Shown: positions 25,824 through 38,414 of the stretch, piece by piece
Layout: the number at the start of each line of letters is the position of its first letter
Numbering within the stretch: position 1 is the stretch's first letter
From: Saccostrea cucullata
Taxonomy: Eukaryota
Length of the DNA stretch: 64,000 bases
Assembly (NCBI RefSeq): GCF_032062105.1
Contig: NW_026928226.1
Location: 248,001-312,000, forward strand
Direction of reading: 5' to 3'
Made by a program: the position numbers and the translations under genes
Notes under the pieces: generated by a model
What the model saw: only the letters and a program-made list of their open reading frames with translations
Told to the model about the DNA's origin: nothing
Databases searched by the model: none

Positions 25824-27612
25824 TCGAATGCATGTGCAGTAGTTCGAATTTTCTCTTCACACAGGCGTTGCTTTAAGAGCTCGCAACCGAGATACCCCCT
25901 TTCAGGTAAAGACAGGATGTGTATTATACCTTTAATGACACCTGTGATTCTAAAACAATGAAGACCTTTTCAACAGACACCTGGGATTCACACCTTTTGT
26001 TTTACAGCGTGGGAAAATTTTTACCTTTAATTCAAATACAATAAGATTGCATTCAATTCCTGAGTTTCAGGAATTCTGAAATGCGTTCTACGTTCTCTTC
26101 CCATGTATTTTTTTTTTCAAAAAATATATAACTGATTCAATTAATAAATAATTAACCATGTCAGAACTGCTTCTTCTTTTATTCTTAGAGCCAAAAGTTA
26201 CAATTTTAAACAATGATGACGAAAAGATACACCCCCCCCTACCCGAACTAAGGATGCTTAAAACAAGAGTATGCATTGAATAAACTGACAGATGCATCAA
26301 AACAAAGTTTATAAGAAAATGTAACTTAAGTAAGGTATTATTTCGCTCAGAAAAATTATTTTTCAATTTTAGCCCATTTGTATTAAATTTTTATTTTTAC
26401 ATTAAAATGATAACATTATGCCATATATACATGTACGTTATCCTTTACATATAAATACAAGTTGGTTAAAAGTGAAAAGTTGTTTTTTAATTCAGGAAAT
26501 GATATTTAGTTAAGATAAACATGAAGAATGATAAATAGATAGCATTGACGGCTTTGAGAACATTCTGCTTAAAAAGAAATCTGAAAGGACTTTATCTATT
26601 AAAAAATTAGATGATGATAATAGAAATCAATATAAATTCATCATCAATCTGTTTTAATTATTTTACAACATATACGTATGCGGGTATTGTTTGTTTGATA
26701 CTTACCCAATAGTCTTCATTTTTCTTATCAACCGGTCATGTGGCGCAGCAGGGATCAAAGTAAAAACAGATACCTGCCTGCGGCCAGGTGAGACCGCGCA
26801 ACGCATTCCCTCATTGGATGAGGTAAACACGTGATCATTTGAGAATTTAGAGAAGGACAATGTTCAAGTCGGCAAAGCCCTGGGGCCCGTTTTACAAAAG
26901 TACTTACGACAAAGACTAAAAAAATTGAGAACATCATTTCTTAGAAAAAAATTAAAATAATTTTGATATAAAGTTTATTAAAAAATTGAATGTATATCAA
27001 ACGTCTCAATTTTTAAAAAAAAAGTGTTGTCGGACATTACGAGACGATATTTACAATCAGAAATATTGAATGACATTTCTTAAAGGCGGACATTATGTGA
27101 TCAGTGACGAGTTTACCTAGAATAGATGGACATTTCTTGGCGGCGGACGTAATCCGACGATTTGTTTTTTCGGAAGAAAGGCGGACTTTTCTTGTTGGCG
27201 GACAATATTACGAGTTGTTTTAGAAAGAATGCAGGCATTTTGAAGCAGGGAATATAATATTACGATGTGTTTAGAAGAAAGGCGGACATTTTGTAGCGGC
27301 GGACATCGTGTGACGATTTTTCTGAAAAAGAGGCGGACATTTCGTGACGGCAGACATAGTGTGACGATTTTTCTGAAAAAGTGGCGGACATAACGTGACG
27401 ATTTTTCCGAAAAAGAGGCGGACGTTTCGTGACGGCGGACATAACGTGACGGCGGACAAAACGTGACTCAACAGAATACTTTGAGGCAAGTTTGGATGAC
27501 ATTGGCCCAATGCTTCCTGAAAAAATGAAAATGTGATAGGTTTACAGACAACTGACAAATTTTTTTCAGAAAAGATCAGTTGAGCCCTCGGCTCAGGTGA
27601 GCTAAAAACAAA

Positions 27613-28100
27613 CAGTTACAAACTTTACAGAAGCATTTTGAGGGTACTAACAAGGAAATTATTGAGACTGATGATGACTTTAATTCAATCAATAAAGCTA
27701 CAGTCTCAAATGGCATTTCAACAGTTTTACGATTACTTATATTTCTAAAGTAGATAAGTATGTAAAGCTTTCAAATGAGCTTGTCCCCTCTGCATCGAAA
27801 TTCGCTCAAGGGTAATTTTAAGACGAAAAAGTTCTAAAATTAGTTGAAACTTTATAACCATTTAATATTACAACAGAAAAGCATGGTTACAGCATAAACG
27901 CCACAGATAAGCCAATTATCCAATCAAAGACAATGGAAATAAAGTCCTCTAATTCAGTCTCACAGCAAGCACCAGAGGCAGATTCCATTCCTTGAGTCTC
28001 AGAGAAATTATCACTGGGAGCTGGATCCTCTCTGCATGTCTCACAGAAAGTTCCAGCAGACAAATACCCTCCAGCAGATGAACAACAATCACTAGATCTT
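27613..28100 (+). pseudogene. TRIM-like locus C: coiled-coil/linker fragment
   Basis: QLQTLQKHFEGTNKEII..SNGIS..KVDKYVKL..LVPSASKF..TEKHGYSI matches paralog QLQTLQ..DSNDIS..VDQYKNLP..SEEHGY; stops and frameshift; not in the ORF track. Confidence 0.8.
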
Positions 28101-29500
28101 GGATCTACGACAATGTAGGATGTCCTTAGATACAGAGGAAAATTTTCGTTGCAGAATTCGATTTGATGTTTTCAGGGTGCAGAACATGATATTGTGTATG
28201 GAAATCAATCATGGTACTTTTCCTAAATATCCAAATGTACACAAAATTCAACAAATATTTTTGTTTATAAACATAAAGGTAACAACTGCATATGTGAAAA
28301 GCAAAGACTATCAACGATTTCTTTATATTCTACAGATTCATTTTTAATGTCATTACCTTTGAAATATATTCCAAATATTTACGGAATGAGTATGATAGCT
28401 ACCCAAATATACGATATGCATATATACCCGGCTTATAAACTGTTCCACTTCTTAAAATTTCGTTTTCTTCCATTAATGAGACTATAGGCCTTTAAATCGC
28501 TAAGAACAATTGAGGTGCAATCTTTTTTGACACAAACAATTTTTTAAACGATACAAAGGCCTGTGACGAGACTGTAAAAAACCTGTTGGCATAAAATTAC
28601 TTCAAATTGAACAAAATGTAAATAAAAGACAACCAGATTGACAAAGATTTTGTGATGCAGACAAAGGAAGATTTCATCCATTTGAAAGCCGCAATACAAC
28701 ACAGATTAAATTAAATTACATAGTTAATCAATCAAACAATTTTTTTTGCTAAGTTTCCTTAATATAAACAAGATGTCAATCGAGGGATAAACTATTGCCA
28801 AAGGAATAAATACACGAATTATTAAGGTAATTTGATTGAAATATCAGTGGTCGGAAGTGCACTGCATATTTTGAAAATTCCAAATATAAAATAAAATAGA
28901 ACAAGAAAAGTGTTTTTGTTTGTCTTTTAGCAGTATGTGCTGTGTATTATTCCAACAGAAGTTCCTCGTGAAAAACAAAGCATATATAAGTATTTATAGT
29001 AATTATTACCAACACTACCTATAACACTTACTGTGCTATAAAAGTAATGGGGAAAAACGCAACAAATCAGACCGTCATTTCGACCCCAAACCCTCTGATT
29101 TTATGGTCCTGTGCTCATCCTATTGGGGTATCTGGTCAGCAGCAATCAAATCTGAACACTGCATCCCTCTCTCCATAAATGTCTTTTACTTTCAAGGACA
29201 TTAACTCAAGCTCTCCCCTGCCGGGGCTTTCTCCTGTCTCTTTTTGAGTGAATGGTACGGCACCAAAATTAAAGTTAATAACAAACCGAAAAAATGCTGA
29301 ACAGTGATTATTACACCCGTCTGTCAGTCATAGCATTGCATATTTAGTCCTTTATCTATATACAGGTATATTTAGGGCATTTCAGTACTACAAAATACTT
29401 ACACATGCAGTATTATTTTTACCGTGGATCAACAGAGCGCAAAAGGTCTTCAGTTAGCTATGTGATACCCCTTTGATGCTGGGAAAAGCATGTCCTGAAC

Positions 29501-29812
29501 CATTGGCGTCGGAAGCAAATTGAAAGTGGGGGGAGGCTAAGTGTAAAGAAAAAATGGTACATGTACCTTAAAAAAAAGCCCGACAAGCAAAAAAAAAATG
29601 GCCATTACCCAAACACGAAAATCCTATTTCGTGTGGGTGTCGGTTCGAACTTCAGTACCAAAAATTTGTTTCCAAACAACACCACTTTCCCCATTTTTAA
29701 CCAAAAGAAAGACGTATCTGTGGAAATTGGGGGGGGGGGGGGGCTAAACCTACGAAGATATATTCAATGTCTATATTAAGTATATATAGTCCACCCGGTT
29801 TCGACGCCTATG
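29501..29812. mobile_element. hAT-like MITE with 5-bp TSD (same family as 23423)
   Basis: TGAAC|CATTGGCGTCGGAA...TCGACGCCTATG|TGAAC; shared internal CCCAAACACGAAAATCCTATTTCGTG. Confidence 0.85.
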
Positions 29813-31479
29813 TGAACAGTTGTTTTTTTTAATAGAAATAATATTTATAATCATGTTCAGAATATGAACTTTATAGAAGAAGTTATAACTCTATAAAAAG
29901 ACATTCAAATTTACACGCATTACTTATTTATTATGTTTGAAGTGAGTGTAGTAGGCGTAAAAAATAATTTGAAACCCTTTATATGAGATCTTAGAATGAA
30001 TTATATGGAGCAAAATTTCCGAGCTAGGATCAAGTGTCATTGGGCAGTCAGAAATGATTCCACTGTGTATAGTTCTTTATTTATTGGCTGTTTCTAATGC
30101 CTTCAGATGTTCATTTTCTCTTACATTTCACTGCTTTGCAAAATATCCCCTTACTTTAATTATCAATAATGTTCTAATTAATGCATTAAAATTGATCAAA
30201 CATGGTTAATTTTTTTAATTACCACAACAGCTCTCTCAAGTGCAATGAATTGATATTCAAAGTACAAAAGGAACGTCTTTGCGCATTTTGTTTAATCATA
30301 AATGTCTTTCAATATTTCATACATCTGATTAAAACAACAATATATATAATTATATAGCTAGTAAATAGTCTCTATCAAAATACTATCAAAAATCTAGAGA
30401 ATTTTAAGTTCAATAACACTATAATACTGCGAATGGATTCAACACCTTTGAATGTCAGCCATTTTTGGGTTGCATGGTTTAGATTTTACGGCATAGATTG
30501 GTTGGAAAGATTTACACGTTTACACTTGCCAATAAAAGGAATGAACAATAGTAATAGACTAATGAGGACGTATAATGCTTACATCTACTTTGATAAGTCA
30601 GCAGGTATTGCACTTGGCAAGTATATAGCCCGAGTGAATTTTAGAAAATATGCTTTATTGGTCAGCAAGGTATGCAATTACAAAGTTAGAAATGCTTCAA
30701 AGTCCAGATTTAATTAACAAATCTCAAACAGATAAATCCCATCTCTTATGCTTTGAGAGGCCTGTGTTTACTCTGTTCCAAATTTCTCTTATTTTCAAGG
30801 ACATTTTAGCTTGCATACTGTTTGTTGGATCTTCCGATTCCTTCTTAACAAGAACCAAGTTGTTATTTTCAACATTTTTGACAAAATTTTGCTTGTATCA
30901 TCTAACCTTAAATGAGAAAATAAATGGAGGATCTAATAGTATGTAAGGTATGAAATACTATATTTTCGCAATATATTTTTGTTTTGTCCCTAACATTTTC
31001 CCGGAAACATACTTAGAAACACTACATAGACAAATAATATTGAATAATTGTTCATTTTGTATGACAGTTGCAATATCATCATGAGTGCAATGCCCAAAAT
31101 TCGTCAAAACTTATTCTCAAAAGGCAATAAATTGATCGGAGAGGAATATAGATTTATATAAATGCTCTATCTAGAAAAAATTTGACTGGGTGAAAAAAAA
31201 ATTATTTTGTCACGTGAGATAGAACAGCAAATAGGTATACCAGATACCTGAGTAATTTTAATGTAACTTGCATAGACATAGACAAAAGATGCTTTAGATG
31301 ACATTGTATTAATTTTTATACAGTAATTAACCTTTAGATTTAATTGCTTTAAAATTGAAAATTGCGTCGGTAATAATGTAAATAAAATTGACAAACAACT
31401 AAGGTAAATATTTATTTAAAATAAGAAAAGCTAATAAAATATCATTCATCAATAATAATCAGACATATGCATTGTTTAA

Positions 31480-31600
31480 GTGAAGGATCTGGAGATAACG
31501 CGCAGTATTCAATATCAAAAGTTCATAAAACAATATAGAATAGGATCAGAGCAAACACGGACCTCCAAAACATCGAAGGTGGGATTAGGTGGGATCAGGA
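31480..31600 (-). mobile_element. Naiad PLE 3'-end fragment
   Basis: GGAGATAACG..CAGTATTCAAT..CAGAGCAAACACGGAC..GGTGGGATCAGG matches 48865-48975. Confidence 0.75.
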
Positions 31601-32944
31601 GAATTCAAAAAGTAAATAAACCTGAAATGCATATGACAGAGATTGGTGCTTAGTTGGGTGTTTGTTATACATTCTTTCGAGAACTTCTCACTCAGCTTGG
31701 TTTACCATAAATTGCCTATGTATGACTTGGTGGCATAACAATTAGTGGTACCCAAAGCTGAGAGAGAATAATATATTTTTTAACTTTGAGATTGTTTTAC
31801 TGTTATCTTCACGCTCCCTTTAGTGCTTCTAGAGAGGAGACATCTTTGTTAAAGGATCTAAGGCAATTCTAAACCGCGATTTTAGGTTTCATTCGGAGGA
31901 CCGATCTGTTCCGCCCTTGATTGGCACTAGACAGGTCTCTTTGCGTGTGAACAGATAAATACATGCGTTGTTTTATTTAACATTTTTCTTTATCTCTTTT
32001 TCTTTGAAACTTTTTTCTTCTATTCAACTAGCTAATTTTAAAATCGTATAGCAGTATACTGTGGGTTATACTAAGACTATACTCTTGCATAATTATCTAG
32101 ATTATTATTGAAAGTTGTCACATAATTCAAAGACAGAAATCTTGTATTTTAAAAATTTATAATCCTAATTTGATTTTCTAGGCGTATATATAGAGTGCGT
32201 TCGTTGGAAAAGGGATTTCAAATGATTGCTTAAAACTATATGGCATATATAGTAAATAGAATCATAGTGAATATATCCTATACCATAGCAATCTTTGAAA
32301 TAGATGAATATTTCTGGATTGTTCTTTTGAAATAAAAAAATAATAAAGCGTTACCAGACTTGTTTTATATTCATCTTAAAAGTGTACTGTAAATCTTCAG
32401 TATAAGATCATATTATCTGTTATGTTAATATTTGATTTTAAAATCTAAAATTAAAGTACATTGTATGTACATTCCAATGAATAATAAAAAAACCCCTCTA
32501 CTCTGTGTTTGTCTTTCATCCCAAATCATCAAACGCATTGTCAGTTGACAACAATATAATGTATTCGTTTCTCTCGTTTAGTCTATTTTTTATTCAATTA
32601 ATTTCCCCGTCTACTTAAAAAGCACTTCTGTCATTTATAAACCAAGGTACTTAAACTTTATTCATAGGTTACTCTGGGGATTATGTATAAGTTAATCAGA
32701 TCTCAGATCTCTGAACAATTGTTCGCATTTTATCATGGCCAATGCGCCTCTTTTTTCTATCCTTTTGTCATTTTCCTACATGTCAGATGTTCAAGCAAAT
32801 GCATATGTAAAATATTAAAACAAAATTTTATAATTAAAGCAAAGCAACAAAATTAAGGAGAGGCTATTCGATCGCATCAAATAAGTATATTTCTTTAATA
32901 CCCAAATATTGACTGGTAAATATTTTATCGCAAGATTTCAAATA

Positions 32945-34336
32945 CTGTATACAGGATTATTTTCGCCCCACTTTATTTTCGTCATTTCACACTTGCAAAC
33001 AATGTTGCCCCATTTTAAATTCACCAAGTCACAGTTTTGTTTAAGAAATTAGAGAGGTTTAGTTACAAGTGACGTAACAACGTGTACGCGTAACATTGAC
33101 CTACACGTTCTATTTGATGTCCACGTCAATAACATGATTTAGTTATACGTACACGTGTACGTATGCAAATTTCGTGATTGAACAGTAAATTAATTGAACG
33201 GCATTGTACTTATTATTTTTAATTTAGACAAATCAATGGTGAAATGGAATTTATATTTACTCTAGTCATAGATATCATGAAAAATTATTATATGTATTGT
33301 CATCTCAATGCAGTGAATTGCTCTAAATAGTTTGTCACCTAGTATCTCTCTACAGAACCATTAAGCTTTAATTATGCATCACTTTAAAATGGAAGCAATC
33401 ATAAAAATTATTTATCTGACGATAAAAAACGACCACGTTTTGCACTTTGTGGAGGATGAAAGGGAGGGGGGGTTGTCCAAAAGAAAACCTTTTGAAAACA
33501 ATAAATTGTGAAGACTCAATCATATAACGTCTAGAAAGGAGGCATGGAATAAAATTTAATGCATCAATACATTGTTAAAACTAAAATCAGACACTGCCCC
33601 CTTTTTTTTAAATACGCGTCTGCTCTAGATCTTTACAAGTGATAGTACAAAAGAAAAAAAATAGTTAATGAAAAACAATCTCAACAAGCACTTGACGTTA
33701 CACATAGGCCTACTACCTTAACTTATAAGGCGAGGGGTTGTATTTTTTGTTATGTCACTAGTGCTAGTGGATGTTATATAATAGTTCTAAAATATTCTAT
33801 TTAAAAAAAGATAAAGAATATAGAGGTGTTAAAATAGGTTTTAAAAAGAACAAAAGAAAATAACAGAAAATAAAAAATCACCAAGAAACCATGAATTTTT
33901 ATTTGGTGCATTGGTGGGCAAAATAAACATGCTGTTTGATACCAGTTTAAGTTTAACTTTCCAATGATATAAATTCTAATTCTTTGATGGAATCATCGAA
34001 TCATCATTCATTATTTTTTTTTTAGATAGACTAGCGTTCTTGTTTTATTGCACAAAAATCAATCAACTACATCAAAATAACTTTACCCGTTTACACCGTA
34101 CGTATAGACAGTGTACTACACGTCCTAAACTTGTAGCTACACATCGGAGTTGACGTCATGACGCCGAAGAAAACAACAATTGATGACGTCCCCCGTACAG
34201 GTTCGTCACTAAACGTGTAACTATAACTCTCTATTATACTTTACACTTTGAACTCTTCCCTTTCTGAATTCGTCCAAACGAGGTTAGAGCGAAAAGGACA
34301 AAAATAAAACGAGGGCGAAAATTTCCCAGTATACAG
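32945..34336. mobile_element. TA-flanked (Tc1/mariner-type) MITE containing a nested element
   Basis: TA|CTGTATACAGGATTATTTTCGCCC...GGGCGAAAATTTCCCAGTATACAG|TA. Confidence 0.8.
33051..34232. mobile_element. Nested non-autonomous DNA transposon (Harbinger/ISL2EU-like termini)
   Basis: ATT|AGAGAGGTTTAGTTAC...GTAACTATAACTCTCT|ATT. Confidence 0.65.
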
Positions 34337-35680
34337 TATCATATACCGATTTTCAATTGCTATAACTGGTACTGCACTGTCCTTTTACACAAATTGAAAT
34401 TTAAAAACTGTAATAATTGGCCCTTCTCTCATGTTCGGATAAGGTAATATGGTCTATTATCAATGGTTATTTTCATTATCATATCGATGAATCATATGTT
34501 GATAATGAGCAGTTAACGAACAACTCTGCTCCCATTTTGTATTGTTTTATGGACTTCTGATCTTGAATGCTGCTCATTATCTTAAGATCTTTGTAACGGT
34601 GCAAGTTATATTTGGTTAAAAATCAGTGAATTGTATGTTTGATTCTTTAACCTACCTAAACTCAAAAATTGAGGTTATGCAAAATATTTCTGATCCAAAA
34701 TATAAAGATTTATTCAACATCACAACTTGCATTTACCGGCCATATGCCATATATTTGTTTATTGAGCTTGAATGATTCTATTTTGGGACAGCCTATGATA
34801 AATCAGAATATAAGGTCGGCTAGACTTAGGAGTTCCCCCTTTTTAAAAGATTAACATTGTTTTTTGAAGATATAAATCTCCAATAATGAGCTCATAACAC
34901 ATGTTGGATTCTTTTTTATACTTATGCATGTTAAAGCATGAATATGTACTTAAACCTTTTTTATAATATTTATATGTACATACTCTGTTAGCAGTGATTC
35001 ACTTTCAAAATATGAGGAACGGCAATTAAATGTAAAAAAAAAATATTCAATTATTTCAATCAACAAAGGTAATATTTTATACAACATTTATAACTTATGC
35101 ACTGCTAACGTTAGGAACAGTAAGATAAAGATATTGATCGAAGAGTAGAGCACAAACATTCGCCTTGGTTTGTAGATAATGATAATACAAGTAGGTCGTA
35201 CGACTGAACACCGAGTAATTTGGATTTCTGTTGGCTAGAACAGCTGCCATTTTCCACTAGAAAGCAGGTAACAGTTTTTCATCACATTATCTACCAATTA
35301 ACTTTTATCTCCAAATAATTTTTTTTTTTTCAAAACAAGAGAATGATATTTTCCTTTTCCCTTAGAAATGTGTAGTTCTGCACAAAATTTCAATGTATTC
35401 ATAAACACTTTTGAGATCATGCAATTGTTGCCATGACATGTACATGCGAACTTGCAATTAAAGAAAGTCACTTTCACTATTTTACAATATTATCAAGATT
35501 AGCAGGAAATACGCTATTGCATTCCATGCTGTTAAGTTAACAAAAAGAGGAAAATATGAAATACTTATATAAAATTATCTCATCAATTCATTACCTCATC
35601 AATTCATAAAAATCACATACAATTTATAAGTTGATCTACAAAACTGCTATTTACCACTTTTAGAGGCCAAAGGTCTAGTC

Positions 35681-37465
35681 ATGGACCCCCGTGCAAGTGC
35701 CCAGCACGTGATACACTGTGACATATGTGAGACTGTTAAAGTACAGATGCACTGTGACACGTGTCTCGTAATCCTGTGCAAGGCCTGTGTGGGAGAACAC
35801 ATCTCTACCGATGAATCCAAGGATCATAAAGTGGTCAAATATGAAATGAGGAATTCCACTCCCCTTTACCCCGAATGTGCCTCTCATGGAAAAGAACGAT
35901 GTGAGATGTTCTGTAGAAACTGTGACAATTCCGTCTGTGGCAGTTGCCTCTCATCTGATAAACATATGAGCCATAAATTATCAAAAGTCGTAGAAGTTCT
36001 GGATGAAAAGAAAGATAAGATAAACAAATACAAATCTCAGTTAAATGAACACGTTAATCCCAAATACCTGGAGATGGAATCTGATATACAAAACAAAATA
36101 AGTGAGTTAGAAAAGGAATATGAAAAACTCTTAACCTCTATAACAAGTCAGGGAGAGGTCTTGCAAAGAGAAATCAACAAACTTGTCAATCAACTTAAAA
36201 ACCAGGTTGATGAAATGAAAAGATCGCAGTTACAAACTTTACAGAAAATTCTTGATGAAATTAACAAGAAAATTATTGATATAAGAGATGAAATCAATGT
36301 ATTAGATATTGCAAAAGACTCAAATGACTTTTCAAAAATCTTCAGCTTACAAGTCTCTATAGAACAACATAAAAACTTTCCAAAAATACCTATTTTGTCT
36401 GCCCCAAACTTTACACCGAAAGTTATCCAAGAAGACGAACTTTGTTCTCTCTTTGGAAATTTCTCTTCAATTCCTCTTAAATCAAAACAATTTGGAAACA
36501 TTCCGGAAACAACGAAAGAAATCTCACTTAAATCACATAAGAAAAGTCCCCCTCATGCAGTTAAACAGGGATCAGTAAAAGTTTCTCTTCCGTATAAAAA
36601 GCTGCGTAATGAACCAGAGATTTTCGACAAGCGCATTTATCATTATGGCTACCTTCGAAATATTGCATGTTTTGGAGATGAAAAAATATGGGCCTGTGAT
36701 GAAAGCTGTACCATGACACTCTACAGCATAAATCAGGGTTTAATCAAGTCAATCAGAACAAGGACAATAAACAGGAGCCCAACAGACATAGCAGTGACAA
36801 GAAATGGAGAGCTAGTGTATACAGATCAATGGGAGAGAACTATTAACATTGTGAAGAGTGGAACTAAAGAAGAAGTGATAAGAGTAGAAAAATGGAAACC
36901 TCTAGGTGTCTGTAGAACCTCCTCCAGCGACCTTCTCTTTACTATGGAAAGTGATGATAAACAGTCCAAAGTTGCCCGGTACTCTGATTCAACAGAGAAA
37001 CAATCCATTCAGTTCGATGATAAAAAGGCACCTCTTTATTCATCGGATGGTTCTCATAAATTTATATGTGAGAACAGGAACCTTGATATCTGTGTGGCTG
37101 ACTGTGGAGCTAAAGCAGTAGTGGTGGTCAATCAGGCCGGGAAACTGAGATTCAAATATTCTGGACAAGCTCCTCTTCCAAGGTATAGAGCATTCAATCC
37201 AAGAGGAATCACTAGAGACAGTCAAAGTCACATCCTCACGACTGATTATGATAATAACTGTGTCCATATAATAAGCGAGAATGGACAGTTTCGTCGTTAC
37301 CTAAATTTACCATTTATGCTCTTGGTGGGTTGTGTACAAATACAGATGACACTCTGTTTCTTATTGCTTGGAAATATTTCTTCAGTCTGTCAAGCTCTCT
37401 TGAGAAAATCAAATACCTGCATTAACCGACATTGGTCACTTACCGGACAATTTGTTCAGAAATAG
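35681..37465 (+). CDS. TRIM-like locus D: B-box/coiled-coil/NHL protein with a late frameshift (594-aa ORF; ancestral stop 37423-37425)
   Basis: Full paralog alignment to ~37305; the conserved tail GLCTNTDDTLF...KIKYLH* continues in another frame. Confidence 0.85.
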   Translation: MDPRASAQHVIHCDICETVKVQMHCDTCLVILCKACVGEHISTDESKDHKVVKYEMRNSTPLYPECASHGKERCEMFCRNCDNSVCGSCLSSDKHMSHKLSKVVEVLDEKKDKINKYKSQLNEHVNPKYLEMESDIQNKISELEKEYEKLLTSITSQGEVLQREINKLVNQLKNQVDEMKRSQLQTLQKILDEINKKIIDIRDEINVLDIAKDSNDFSKIFSLQVSIEQHKNFPKIPILSAPNFTPKVIQEDELCSLFGNFSSIPLKSKQFGNIPETTKEISLKSHKKSPPHAVKQGSVKVSLPYKKLRNEPEIFDKRIYHYGYLRNIACFGDEKIWACDESCTMTLYSINQGLIKSIRTRTINRSPTDIAVTRNGELVYTDQWERTINIVKSGTKEEVIRVEKWKPLGVCRTSSSDLLFTMESDDKQSKVARYSDSTEKQSIQFDDKKAPLYSSDGSHKFICENRNLDICVADCGAKAVVVVNQAGKLRFKYSGQAPLPRYRAFNPRGITRDSQSHILTTDYDNNCVHIISENGQFRRYLNLPFMLLVGCVQIQMTLCFLLLGNISSVCQALLRKSNTCINRHWSLTGQFVQK

Positions 37466-37719
37466 AAAATAATAAATTAAACATAAAGTGGATATACCTG
37501 GGTTTTATTTTTTCATTTTGTCTTGTTCAGGCCATTTTATTTACTGCAATTGATATGCCAACCATGTGGTGCTACAGGTGTAATTAAGTTTATAGCATAT
37601 TAAAGATATCATAATGTATTTTGTGGGTAGTAATAAAACGAATAAATCGTGAAATCATAAAGGTATCTCATGAAATTGCACCTAGACTTTTCCAAAATTA
37701 ATGGAGGGGTATACAACAG

Positions 37720-37832
37720 GGCCTTAGGATGAGACCATATAAACCGAGATTCCATGTCGCAGTACTAGTAGGAGTTACCCCGAAAAAAAATCCTTCTTTG
37801 CTCAGTTGCCGTAAGTACAGCTCTCCACCGGC
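37720..37832 (+). repeat. SINE-like repeat fragment
   Basis: GGCCTT..GATGAGACC.TAAACCGAG..CATGTCGCAGTA, shared with 56503-56590. Confidence 0.6.
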
Positions 37833-38265
37833 AAGTGAGATACTTATTTTATTATTAACAATACTTCGCTGCATCTGTAGACAATGCTACAAATATATGT
37901 GTATTGTTGCCTACGACTGTAAACTAGGTAAAAGGAAACCTGGAAATGCAAAAATTGTGTCAATGTTGAAGCGATGTGGTCATCCTCGAATATTTACATT
38001 TGCAAATGTCTTCCTTTATATAACAATTCTGAAAGCAAGCGTGTTAATAACTGTATAAATAAAAGTACGGGTTCAAGAGGTTTTAGATGTGCGCATGGAT
38101 AAACGTTCGGCGTAATTTCTTAGTGACGTCATAATGGGTCGACGCGCGTTCAGTGGATTTCTTATATGCTGTTGGATTTGAAAAATAATGCATTTCACAC
38201 GTTAAAAGTCACGATTCGGCAAATTTATAGTCATATATGAATAAGTCACAAATGTAAATTAAAGT

Positions 38266-38414
38266 AATGAGGTATCATTTTTGAGTTTTATTGGGATATA
38301 AAACGGGTTGGCACATGATCATATCTTCCATAAAGCTCTTCGGGCTTTATGGGATTTGATCACGTGACCAACCTGTTTTACATTCCAATAAAACTAAAAA
38401 AAAATATACTTATT
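38266..38414. repeat. ~150-bp palindrome (hairpin MITE) closed by C-TTCG-G
   Basis: AGTTTTATTGG.AT.TAAAAC.GGTTGG..CCATAAAGC-TCTTCGG-GCTTTATGG..CCAACC.GTTTTACATTCCAATAAAACT. Confidence 0.8.

Larger units (their letters stand above)
16683..27473. mobile_element. Large (10.8 kb) unclassified TIR element with TGT...ACA termini and 5-bp TSD
   Basis: GAATA|TGTTGAGTCACGTTTTGTCCGCC...GGCGGACAAAACGTGACTCAACA|GAATA; ~330-390-bp TIRs built from 17-bp GTCACGWWATGTCCGCC units (51-bp higher-order period); no transposase seen; spans an assembly gap. Confidence 0.85.
16545..27608 (+). repeat. Helentron-like/satellite-related repeat split in two (about 16545-16682 and 27474-27608) by the 10.8-kb element
   Basis: AAACTTGAATCCCCTTCACCTAAGAATA joins CTTTGAGGCAAGTTTGG...GCTCAGGTGAGCTAAAA; related copy at ~46570-47150. 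Confidence 0.7.
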
